From contig JBATPX010000217.1 in assembly GCA_049291695.1 (NCBI GenBank), forward strand, positions 30,001 to 94,000: 64,000 bases of DNA, read 5' to 3'. The stretch comes from Defluviicoccus sp. Lineage in GTDB: Bacteria > Pseudomonadota > Alphaproteobacteria > Rhodospirillales > Defluviicoccaceae. The notes beneath the pieces are model-generated. The model did not search any database, was not told where the DNA came from, and saw only the letters and a program-made list of their open reading frames with translations. A program made the position numbers and the translations under genes. Each line of letters begins with the position of its first letter. The first letter of the stretch is position 1. This document shows, one piece after another, positions 37,647 to 45,515 of the stretch.

Positions 37647-37812
37647 GATTGGATCTGTCCTGAGGAATGGCGCCCGTCTTGCACCCCGCGGCTTTGTAAT
37701 TGAAAGACGAGGTGGCTGTCAAAATAAACAAAAGTAAGTAAAAAAGCTCTCTTGTCCGCTGACGTTATGGATAAGTATATTCATATTCGCTTTAACATTG
37801 GTGAAAAATTGC
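37647..37812 (-). promoter_or_regulatory. AT-rich leader/promoter region upstream of the RTX-GT-T1SS operon
   Basis: Visibly AT-rich stretch (aaaataaacaaaagtaagtaaaaaagc ... gataagtatattcatattcgctttaacattggtgaaaaatt) immediately 5' of the first operon gene. No specific -35/-10 assigned. Confidence 0.35.
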
Positions 37813-37814
37813 GT

Positions 37815-37991
37815 GGATCTCGATCTCTCCGCCGTCTCACGACCAGGGGGCACAATCTGCGCACGGGACTGGCCCTCGAATGGCGGATGCGTGGCCAGCG
37901 CCCGTTCGTTTTCACCAACCTCAAGACCGGCGCCGGTCTTGACGCCGTCGCCGCCTTCATCCTGAAGGCCGGCGGTCTGTCCCCGCGCTGA
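37815..37991 (+). pseudogene. ureG: 3' remnant of urease accessory GTPase gene ureG
   Basis: The last ~35 codons (37884-37991) read RMRGQRPFVFTNLKTGAGLDAVAAFILKAGGL, matching the UreG C-terminus (..RMRG.RP..FTNLK.G.GL..I.AF....G.L). No P-loop, no upstream UreG sequence, and no ureF/E. Upstream of 37884 any similarity is only in another frame (VDLDLSAV). The 5' boundary is approximate. Confidence 0.6.
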
Positions 37992-38018
37992 ACTCCGCCC
38001 AAGCCGGCCGGAGCCGGG

Positions 38019-38047
38019 GTGTCACGGAACATTCATCTGCCATGGTC
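38019..38047 (+). promoter_or_regulatory. Possible Pho-box-like direct repeats upstream of the phosphonate transporter genes
   Basis: GTGTCAC-ggaa-CATTCAT-ctgc-CATGGTC at an 11-bp period. The first two units match CTGTCA(T/C) at 6/7 and 5/7 by eye. About 100 nt before ATG 38145. Confidence 0.2.
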
Positions 38048-38144
38048 GGACTTCTCGTCTAGAAAGGCGCGCCAAAGCGTTACCGGGCGGGTGCATCGTC
38101 GTCCGCTTGGCCGAAAAACGACATCGAGAATAGGGAGCCGCGAA

Positions 38145-39191
38145 ATGGCCGCGCTGCGTCGCACTGTGCTTGCATGTTCTGCCGCTTTCTTGACCGCCGC
38201 AACGGCGTTGGTCGCCGATCGGCCGGCCGGCGCGGCGGAGATGCTGACCGTCTACACCGCCTTCGAGAACGAGCAACTCGCCCCCTACAAGAAGGCGTTC
38301 GAGGCGGCGCACCCGGATATCCAAATCCAGTGGGTGCGGGACTCGACCGGCATCGTCACCGCGCGGCTGCTGGCGGAGAAGGCGAAACCGCAGGCGGACG
38401 TGATCTGGGGCTTGGCGGCCTCCAGCCTGCTGCTTCTCGACCGCGACGGCCTGCTCGAAGGGTACGCGCCCGCGGGCGTCGAGAACCTGAAGCCGAAGTT
38501 CCGCAGTTCGAAGAACCCGCCGACCTGGGTTGGCAACGACGCGTGGATGAGCGCGGTTTGCTACAACACCATCGAGGCCAGCAAGAAGGGCCTGCCGAAG
38601 CCTTCGAGCTGGGACGACCTCCTCAACCCCGCCTACAAGGGTCAGCTGGTGATGCCCAATCCGGCATCCTCGGGCACCGGCTTTCTCACCGTGTCGGGCT
38701 GGCTGCAGCAGATGGGCGAGCCCCAGGGCTGGGCCTACATGGACAAGCTGAACGAGAACATCGCCGCCTATACACATTCCGGCTCCAAGCCGTGCAAGCA
38801 GGCCGCTGCCGGCGAATACCCGCTCGGCATCTCGATCGAGTACACCGGCGCCTCGCTCAAAACCAAGGGCGCGCCTATTGATGTCATACTGCCGCAGCCC
38901 GGCTCCGGTTGGGACATGGAGGCGACGGCGATCGTTAAGGGTACCGACCAGCCGGCTGCTGCGAAAAAGCTGGCCGACTTTGCCGCCAGCAAGGCCGCGA
39001 ACGAGCTCTACAACACGTTCTACGCGGTCGTGGCTTACCAGGGCATGACCCAGGATATCCCCAATTACCCGGCGAACGCCGAAGCAATGATGATGCCCAA
39101 CAACGACTTCGAGTGGGCGGCGCTCAACCGGGAGCGCATCCTGGCCGAGTGGACGAAGCGCTACGACTCCAAGTCCGAACCGAAAAAATAG
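38145..39191 (+). CDS. phnS: ABC transporter periplasmic substrate-binding protein, 2-aminoethylphosphonate (PhnS-like) type
   Basis: Signal peptide MAALRRTVLACSAAFLTAATALVA. Fe3+/AEP-type SBP blocks (LTVYTAFENEQL, NPASSGTGFL). Operon context with phnW and phnX. Confidence 0.75.
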   Translation: MAALRRTVLACSAAFLTAATALVADRPAGAAEMLTVYTAFENEQLAPYKKAFEAAHPDIQIQWVRDSTGIVTARLLAEKAKPQADVIWGLAASSLLLLDRDGLLEGYAPAGVENLKPKFRSSKNPPTWVGNDAWMSAVCYNTIEASKKGLPKPSSWDDLLNPAYKGQLVMPNPASSGTGFLTVSGWLQQMGEPQGWAYMDKLNENIAAYTHSGSKPCKQAAAGEYPLGISIEYTGASLKTKGAPIDVILPQPGSGWDMEATAIVKGTDQPAAAKKLADFAASKAANELYNTFYAVVAYQGMTQDIPNYPANAEAMMMPNNDFEWAALNRERILAEWTKRYDSKSEPKK

Positions 39192-39194
39192 CAT

Positions 39195-40385
39195 GTGGGC
39201 GATCGAATGCCGGGCGTGCCAGGCGCGCCCGGCGCCGCTCATGACGGGACAGCGATCGTGAATGCGGAGCAGGCTCAGGCGGCTGCGGCGGGGCAGGGCG
39301 CAGGCTCGCCCTATCTCAGGATCGAACAGCTCGGCAAGCGGTTTGGCAGCTTCGAGGCGCTCAAGAACGTCTCGCTCGTCATCAACGAAGGCGAGTTCGT
39401 TTGCTTCCTCGGCCCTTCGGGGTGCGGCAAGACCACCTTGCTAAGGGCGATCGCCGGGCTCGATCCGCAGACGTCCGGAACAATCGAGCAGGCAGGGCGC
39501 GACATTTCGGCGCTGCCGCCGTCGCAGCGGGACTTCGGTATCGTTTTTCAGTCATACGCCCTGTTTCCCAACCTGACGGTGATCAAGAACGTCGCCTACG
39601 GCTTGGAGAACCGGAAGATGCGCCGCGACGAGGCGCGCAAGCGTGCCGTCGGGCTTCTTGAGATGGTCGGCCTCGCCGATCAGGCCGAAAAATTTCCGGC
39701 CCAGCTCTCAGGCGGCCAGCAGCAGCGCGTCGCGCTTGCGCGCGCGCTCGCGACATCGCCCGGCATGCTTCTGCTGGACGAGCCGTTGAGTGCGCTCGAT
39801 GCCAAGGTCCGGCTGCACCTGCGCAAGGAAATCAAGGATCTGCAGCGTCGGCTCAACATCACCACGATCATGGTGACGCACGATCAGGAAGAGGCGCTGA
39901 CCATGGCCGACCGGATCGTGGTGATGAAGGCGGGCGTGATCGAGCAGGTCGGCACGGCGGACGAGATTTATGGCGATCCGGTGAATCCGTTCGTCGCCGA
40001 CTTCATCGGCACGATGAACTTCCTGCCGGGAACGCTGATTGACCGGCAGCATGTGCGCCTTGGGCGTGTCGACGTGCAGTATGCGGGCGGACTGCAGGGG
40101 CTGGCGCCAGGGTCCCGGGTGACCGTTTGCGTGCGGCCTGAGGATGTCGAGATCGGCGATGGCGCCGCCGGGACGGCGGACAATCACATGGACGCACGGG
40201 TCGCCGAGCTCGACTTCATCGGCAACTTCTTCCGCGCCCGCCTGGCACCCGATTGTCTCGAAGGGATGATCCTCGCCGCCGACCTGCCAACGCCTCTGGT
40301 CCGCAGCCGCCAGGTAAGGTGCGGCAACTCGATCCGCATCGCGCTGCCGAGCCAACGGCTGCGTGTCTACCCTGCCGTGTCATGA
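39195..40385 (+). CDS. phnT: ABC transporter ATP-binding protein (PhnT-like)
   Basis: Walker [37 protein letters not shown]-terminal regulatory/TOBE-like domain. Start GTG 39195 or ATG 39207. Confidence 0.85.
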   Translation: MGDRMPGVPGAPGAAHDGTAIVNAEQAQAAAAGQGAGSPYLRIEQLGKRFGSFEALKNVSLVINEGEFVCFLGPSGCGKTTLLRAIAGLDPQTSGTIEQAGRDISALPPSQRDFGIVFQSYALFPNLTVIKNVAYGLENRKMRRDEARKRAVGLLEMVGLADQAEKFPAQLSGGQQQRVALARALATSPGMLLLDEPLSALDAKVRLHLRKEIKDLQRRLNITTIMVTHDQEEALTMADRIVVMKAGVIEQVGTADEIYGDPVNPFVADFIGTMNFLPGTLIDRQHVRLGRVDVQYAGGLQGLAPGSRVTVCVRPEDVEIGDGAAGTADNHMDARVAELDFIGNFFRARLAPDCLEGMILAADLPTPLVRSRQVRCGNSIRIALPSQRLRVYPAVS

Positions 40386-42112
40386 CGGCGTCGGGTGTTG
40401 GTGCCGAGGCCGCAACCCTGGGCGCACCGGCGGTAGGGGGAGGGGGCTCCGGCCGGGTGGCTGGGGAGCGGCTCATCATGGCGGGCGGGCTCGCGGCGCT
40501 GGCCGCTTTCCTGCTCATCTTCGTTGCATTCCCGCTTTATGCGCTGTTGTCGAAGAGCTTTGAGGATCGAACCGGCGCCTTCATCGGGCTTGCCAACTAT
40601 GCCGCCTATTTCACCAATCCGGCGTTGTTCCAGTCGATCGGCAACAGCCTGTTCATTTCGATCGTGTCGACCGTCATCACGACCACGATCGCCTTCCTGT
40701 TCGCCTACGGCCTCAGCCGCACCTGCATGCCGGCCAAGGGGCTGTTCCGCGCGATCGCGTCGATCCCGATCCTGGCGCCGTCGCTGCTGCCGGCGATCTC
40801 GCTGGTCTACCTGTTCGGCAACCAGGGGTTGATCAAGGATTGGCTGTTCGGCGCCAGCATCTACGGGCCGATCGGCATCGTCACCGGCATGATCATTTTC
40901 ACCCTGCCGCACGCGATCATGATCCTCTACACCGCGATGTCGCTCGCGGATTCCAGGCTCTACGAAGCGGCGCAAGTGCTGGGCGCCGGCCCGGTGCGGA
41001 CGTTCTTCACCGTCACCCTTCCAGGGATCCGGTACGGTCTGGTCAGCACCATACTGGTGGTGTTCACGCTGGTGATCACGGACTTCGGCGTGCCGAAGGT
41101 GATCGGCGGCCGCTACAACGTGCTCGCGACCGATGTCTACAAGCAGGTGGTCGGCCAGCAGAACTTCGAGATGGGCGCCGTCGTCGGCATGGTCCTGTTG
41201 ACGCCGGCGCTGCTTGCGTTCGTCGTCGACCGCTGGGCCCAGCGCCGGCAGTCGGCAAGTCTGTCGGCCCGCGCCGTGCCGCTGGTGCCGAAACCGAACC
41301 GGGTCACGGATGGGGTCTATCTCGCGATCTGTGGCCTGATCAGCTTGTTTTTGCTGGGTATCCTCGGCGTTTCGGCCTACGCCTCGTTCGTCAAGTTCTG
41401 GCCCTACGACCTCGGCCTGACACTCGCCAACTACGACTTCTCGGTCGTCGATGCCGACGGCTGGAAGTCGTTCTTCAACTCGCTCAAGATGTCGGCGCTG
41501 ACGGCGATCATCGGCAGCACGGTGGTGTTTGCCGGCGCCTACCTGGTCGAGAAGGGGCGTGGCGCCGCGTGGCTGCGCTCGGGCGTTCACCTCCTCGCGA
41601 TGGTGCCGTTGGCGGTGCCGGGCCTCGTGCTCGGCATTTCCTATATCTTTTTCTTCAACGCGCCGTGGAATCCGCTCAACTTCCTGGTCGGCACCATGGC
41701 CATCCTTGTCTTGTCGACCGTCGTGCACTTCTACACGGTGAGCCATCTGACCGCGGTGACCGCGCTCAAACAGATCGATCCTGAGTTCGAGAGCGTCTCC
41801 GCATCGCTGAAGGTGCCGTTTTATCGGACATTCTGGCGCGTCACGGTGCCGGTCTGCCTGCCCACCATCCTCGACATCGGGCTTTACTTGTTCGTCAACG
41901 CCATGACGACGGTCTCCGCGGTGGTGTTCTTGTTCTCCTCGGACACCCGGCCGGCGGCGGTGGCGGTGCTGGCGATGGACGATGCCGGCAGTGTTGCCGC
42001 GGCCGCCGCGATGGCGATGCTGATCGTCTACACCTCGGCCACGGTCCGCTTCCTGCACACGCTTGCCTCCCAGGCGCTGACCCGGCGTACCCAGGCTTGG
42101 CGGCGGCGCTGA
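40382..42112 (+). CDS. Fused two-domain ABC transporter permease (PhnU/PhnV-like)
   Basis: About 576 aa with 12 predicted TM segments in two repeated halves. ATGA overlap with the ATPase gene stop. Confidence 0.8.
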   Translation: MTASGVGAEAATLGAPAVGGGGSGRVAGERLIMAGGLAALAAFLLIFVAFPLYALLSKSFEDRTGAFIGLANYAAYFTNPALFQSIGNSLFISIVSTVITTTIAFLFAYGLSRTCMPAKGLFRAIASIPILAPSLLPAISLVYLFGNQGLIKDWLFGASIYGPIGIVTGMIIFTLPHAIMILYTAMSLADSRLYEAAQVLGAGPVRTFFTVTLPGIRYGLVSTILVVFTLVITDFGVPKVIGGRYNVLATDVYKQVVGQQNFEMGAVVGMVLLTPALLAFVVDRWAQRRQSASLSARAVPLVPKPNRVTDGVYLAICGLISLFLLGILGVSAYASFVKFWPYDLGLTLANYDFSVVDADGWKSFFNSLKMSALTAIIGSTVVFAGAYLVEKGRGAAWLRSGVHLLAMVPLAVPGLVLGISYIFFFNAPWNPLNFLVGTMAILVLSTVVHFYTVSHLTAVTALKQIDPEFESVSASLKVPFYRTFWRVTVPVCLPTILDIGLYLFVNAMTTVSAVVFLFSSDTRPAAVAVLAMDDAGSVAAAAAMAMLIVYTSATVRFLHTLASQALTRRTQAWRRR

Positions 42113-42116
42113 GCCG

Positions 42117-43286
42117 GTGATGACCGACACGAGTATCCCTGCCGTGGCCGACGTGCCAATCCTGCTCACCCCCGGGCCGCTGACCACCTCGGCCACGGTC
42201 AAACAGGCGATGCTGCGCGATTGGGGCTCACGCGATGCCGCGTTCATTGCCCTCAATCGGCGCATCCGCGAGCGGCTGCTGGATCTTGCGGACGCCGGCG
42301 AGACGCACGTCTGCGTGCCGGTTCAGGGGTCGGGCACGTTCGCCGTAGAAGCGACCATCGGCACCCTGGTACCGCGCGACGGCCGGCTGCTGGTGCTGGT
42401 CAATGGTGCCTACGGCCGGCGGATGGTGCGCATCGCCGAGGTCATCAGCCGCGCCGTTACGTCGCTGAGCTGGCCTGAGGACGAGGCGGTGGACGCGCAA
42501 GCCCTCGATCGGGCGCTCGCGGCAGATCCGGCAATCACTCATGTCGCCGTCGTCCACTGCGAGACGACATCCGGCATCCTCAATCCGCTGCAAGAGGTTG
42601 CGGACGTCTGCGCCCGTCACCGGCGGCCGCTTCTCATCGATGCGATGAGCAGCTTCGGCGCGTTGCCGATCGACGCCCGGGTGACGGTATTTTCGGGCCT
42701 GATGGCGAGTGCCAACAAGTGCCTTGAAGGCGTGCCGGGCGTCGGCTTCGCGCTGATCCGCCGTGAGGCGCTGGCGGCAACCAAAGGCAACGCGCCTTCG
42801 TTGAGCCTCGATCTCTACGATCAATGGCGGGGATTGGAGGCCAACGGCCAATGGCGCTTCACCCCGCCGACGCACGTGCTTGCGGCCTTCGACCAGGCAC
42901 TTGACGAACACGCGGCCGAGGGCGGCGTCGTGGGCCGCGGTGCCCGCTACCGCCGCAATCACCAGCTCCTTGTCGAGGGGATGAGTGCGCTCGGCTTCGC
43001 GATGCTGGTGCCGCCGCCGCTGCAGGCGCCGATCATCGTCACCTTCCTGATGCCGGCCGATCCGCGTTTTGTTTTCGCTGAATTCTACGACCGGCTGCGG
43101 GAAAAGGGCTTCGCGATCTACCCCGGCAAGCTGACCGTGGCGGAGAGCTTCCGCATCGGCTGCATCGGCCGCATCGGCGAGGCGGAGATCCGCGCTGCGC
43201 TTGCTGCCATCGGCGAGACGATGCGCGAGATGGACGTCGCGTCGGGCGCGCCGGCGCCGGGAGGCCAGGCGGGGAGGCAGGCATGA
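42117..43286 (+). CDS. phnW: 2-aminoethylphosphonate--pyruvate transaminase
   Basis: ILLTPGPLTTSATVKQAMLRDWGSRD..VPVQGSGTFAVEA..class V aminotransferase layout. Adjacent to phnX. Confidence 0.9.
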   Translation: MMTDTSIPAVADVPILLTPGPLTTSATVKQAMLRDWGSRDAAFIALNRRIRERLLDLADAGETHVCVPVQGSGTFAVEATIGTLVPRDGRLLVLVNGAYGRRMVRIAEVISRAVTSLSWPEDEAVDAQALDRALAADPAITHVAVVHCETTSGILNPLQEVADVCARHRRPLLIDAMSSFGALPIDARVTVFSGLMASANKCLEGVPGVGFALIRREALAATKGNAPSLSLDLYDQWRGLEANGQWRFTPPTHVLAAFDQALDEHAAEGGVVGRGARYRRNHQLLVEGMSALGFAMLVPPPLQAPIIVTFLMPADPRFVFAEFYDRLREKGFAIYPGKLTVAESFRIGCIGRIGEAEIRAALAAIGETMREMDVASGAPAPGGQAGRQA

Positions 43287-44113
43287 GCGGGGTGAGCCGC
43301 CGCAGCTATCGCGGACCGCTGAAGGCCGCCGTGCTCGACTGGGCCGGTACTGTCGTCGACTTCGGCTGTCAGGCGCCGGCGGCCACCTTCATCGAAGCGT
43401 TCGCCGCCGAAGGTGTCGCGATCAGCATCGATCAAGCGCGGGCGACGATGGGCATGGCCAAGCGCGACCATATCAAGGCGATCACCACGATGCCCGACGT
43501 CGCTGCGGCTTGGCAGGCGCAGCACGGGCGCCCGGCCGGCGAGGACGATATCGATCGCCTGTACGACGCCTTTCTTCCGCTGCAGCTGACCGCCGTTCGC
43601 CGTCACGCGCGGCTGATCCCCGGTGCGCTTGACGCTGTCGAGGCCATGCGGGCGCGCGGCCTCACGATCGGCACCACCACCGGCTATCCGCGCGCGGTGA
43701 TGGCCGTCGTCGCTGCCGAGGCCGAGGCTCAGGGCTACCGGCCGGACTGCGTGATCGCCGCCGAGGATGCGCCACTTGGCCGGCCGTCGCCGTTTCCGGC
43801 GCTTGCGGCACTCGCCCGGCTCGGCATCTATCCGGTCGAGGCCGTGGTCAAGATCGGCGATACCGTGGTCGATATCCAAGAGGGGCTGAACGGCGGCATG
43901 TGGTCGGTGGGGATCACGGTCACGGGCAACGAAGTCGGCCTGACGGAGGCCGAATGGTGGGCACTGGACGAGGAGTCCCGTTCCGAGCGACGGGATGCGG
44001 CCGCAGACAAACTGCGTCGAGCGGGCGCCCACTACGTTGTCGACTCGGTTGGCGATGTCTTGCGTGTCCTTGACGTGATCAACCGGCGGCTCGCCCGCGG
44101 TGACAAGCCTTGA
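43283..44113 (+). CDS. phnX: Phosphonoacetaldehyde hydrolase (phosphonatase)
   Basis: HAD motif I LKAAVLDWAGTVVDFGC, the MGMAKRDHI block containing the Schiff-base Lys region, KIGDTVVDIQEGLNGGMW. ATGA overlap with phnW. Confidence 0.9.
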   Translation: MSGVSRRSYRGPLKAAVLDWAGTVVDFGCQAPAATFIEAFAAEGVAISIDQARATMGMAKRDHIKAITTMPDVAAAWQAQHGRPAGEDDIDRLYDAFLPLQLTAVRRHARLIPGALDAVEAMRARGLTIGTTTGYPRAVMAVVAAEAEAQGYRPDCVIAAEDAPLGRPSPFPALAALARLGIYPVEAVVKIGDTVVDIQEGLNGGMWSVGITVTGNEVGLTEAEWWALDEESRSERRDAAADKLRRAGAHYVVDSVGDVLRVLDVINRRLARGDKP

Positions 44114-45492
44114 GCGGCGGCTTCATCGCCAGCGAGGGTGACGTCAACCTCGGATCCGAACGCGCCCGCTGGCAGGAAATGTCCCTTGGCGAGGCCGGCC
44201 GCCGGCTCGTCGCGCGCGACCAAGCGGTGTTCGTCCGCCAATCGCTCTCCAGCCCCTGCCTCGCGGCAATCCGGCGTGCCGAAGGCATCTGGATCGAGGA
44301 TGCGGATGGCCGTCGGTACATGGACTTCCATGGCAACAGCGCCCATCACGTCGGTTACGCGCACCCGCACGTCATCGCAGCCATCCATCGGCAACTCGAC
44401 GCGCTCTCGTTCGCACCGCGGCGGTTCACCTGCGAGCCGGCCATTGCGCTGGCCGAACGGTTGCTGCGCCTCGCACCTGCCGGCTTCGGCAAGGTGCTGT
44501 TTGCGCCGGGCGGTTCGGAGGCGATCGAGATTGCGCTCAAGCTCGCCCGCGTTGCCACCGGCCGGCACCGGACGTTGTCGTTCTGGGACTCCTTTCACGG
44601 CGCCGGTTATGGCGCCGCCAGCGTCGGTGGCGAGGCTCTGTTTCGCGACGGCCGGCTTGGGCCGCTGCTGCCGGGCGATGCTCATGTGCCACCGTTCGCG
44701 TGCTTCCGCTGCCCGTTCGGCTTTCCGTCGCCAAGCGGCGCCCCCGATCTCGACCGCTGCCGGATGGCGTGCGCGAGCACGGCCCAGTACACGCTCGAGC
44801 GGGAGGCTGACATCGCAGCCCTGGTGGCGGAGCCGATTCGCGCCGTGCCTTACCTGCCACCGCCCGGCTTCTGGCCACGCGTCGGGGCAGCTGCGCGCTC
44901 CGTTGGCGCACTCGTCGTCTTCGATGAAATCCCGACCGGGCTCGGCAAGACTGGCCGCCTGTTCGCGTTCGAGCACACCGGCGTTACGCCGGACATCCTG
45001 GTGCTCGGCAAGGCACTGGGCGGCGGCGTGCTGCCGTTGGCGGCGGTGCTGGTGCCGTCCGGCCTCGACGTCGCGCCGGAGCTGGCACTCGGCCACTACA
45101 CGCATGAGAAGAATCCGGTGCTGGCGGCAGCCGCGCTTGCCACCCTTGACGTCATCGAAAATGAGGGTCTGGTCGAGAATGCGGCGATGCTAGGCCGTTA
45201 CGCGCTCGCCCGCTTGGCCGAGATCGCGGCCGGCCGGCGCTGCATCGGCGAGGTGCGCGGCCAGGGCCTTCTCATCGGCATCGAGCTGGTGAGCGCGGAC
45301 GGTGCACCGGCGCCGCAGCTCGCCGAGCGGGTTCTGTACCACGCGCTCGCGCGGGGCTTGGGCTTCAAGCTCACGATGCGGAGCGTGCTGACGCTCTCGC
45401 CGCCCTTGATCATCCGCCGCAGCGAGCTCGACAAGGCCCTCGATATCTTGAGCGAAAGCCTCGATGCCGCTGCGGCCGAAGGCGTCTCGTAA
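44110..45492 (+). CDS. Class-III PLP-dependent (aspartate aminotransferase family) enzyme; candidate PbfA-like
   Basis: GIWIEDADGRRYMDFHGNSAHHVGYAHP..FAPGGSEAIEIALKLAR..VFDEIPTGLGKTG..ILVLGKALGGG. The TTG start overlaps the phnX stop; alternative ATG at 44179. Confidence 0.85.
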   Translation: MSGGFIASEGDVNLGSERARWQEMSLGEAGRRLVARDQAVFVRQSLSSPCLAAIRRAEGIWIEDADGRRYMDFHGNSAHHVGYAHPHVIAAIHRQLDALSFAPRRFTCEPAIALAERLLRLAPAGFGKVLFAPGGSEAIEIALKLARVATGRHRTLSFWDSFHGAGYGAASVGGEALFRDGRLGPLLPGDAHVPPFACFRCPFGFPSPSGAPDLDRCRMACASTAQYTLEREADIAALVAEPIRAVPYLPPPGFWPRVGAAARSVGALVVFDEIPTGLGKTGRLFAFEHTGVTPDILVLGKALGGGVLPLAAVLVPSGLDVAPELALGHYTHEKNPVLAAAALATLDVIENEGLVENAAMLGRYALARLAEIAAGRRCIGEVRGQGLLIGIELVSADGAPAPQLAERVLYHALARGLGFKLTMRSVLTLSPPLIIRRSELDKALDILSESLDAAAAEGVS

Positions 45493-45515
45493 CGGCGCTG
45501 GGATGGTGTCCCTGA

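Noticed and set aside
36730-37737. 335-aa plus-strand ORF with repetitive 'VVAG/VIAG' pattern
   Set aside because: It is the mirror image of the RTX nonapeptide repeats on the minus strand. The minus-strand product has canonical GGxGxDxUx repeats, a strong SD and operon context.
37752-37991. 79-aa ORF as an intact gene
   Set aside because: Only the last ~35 residues look like a real protein (the UreG C-terminus). The N-terminal part is read through an AT-rich non-coding tract. It is called a ureG remnant instead.
40367-42265. 632-aa minus-strand ORF
   Set aside because: It is antisense to the 12-TM phosphonate-transporter permease. It is Arg/Asp/His-rich with no motifs, and the plus strand has a clear permease with ATGA coupling to its neighbours.
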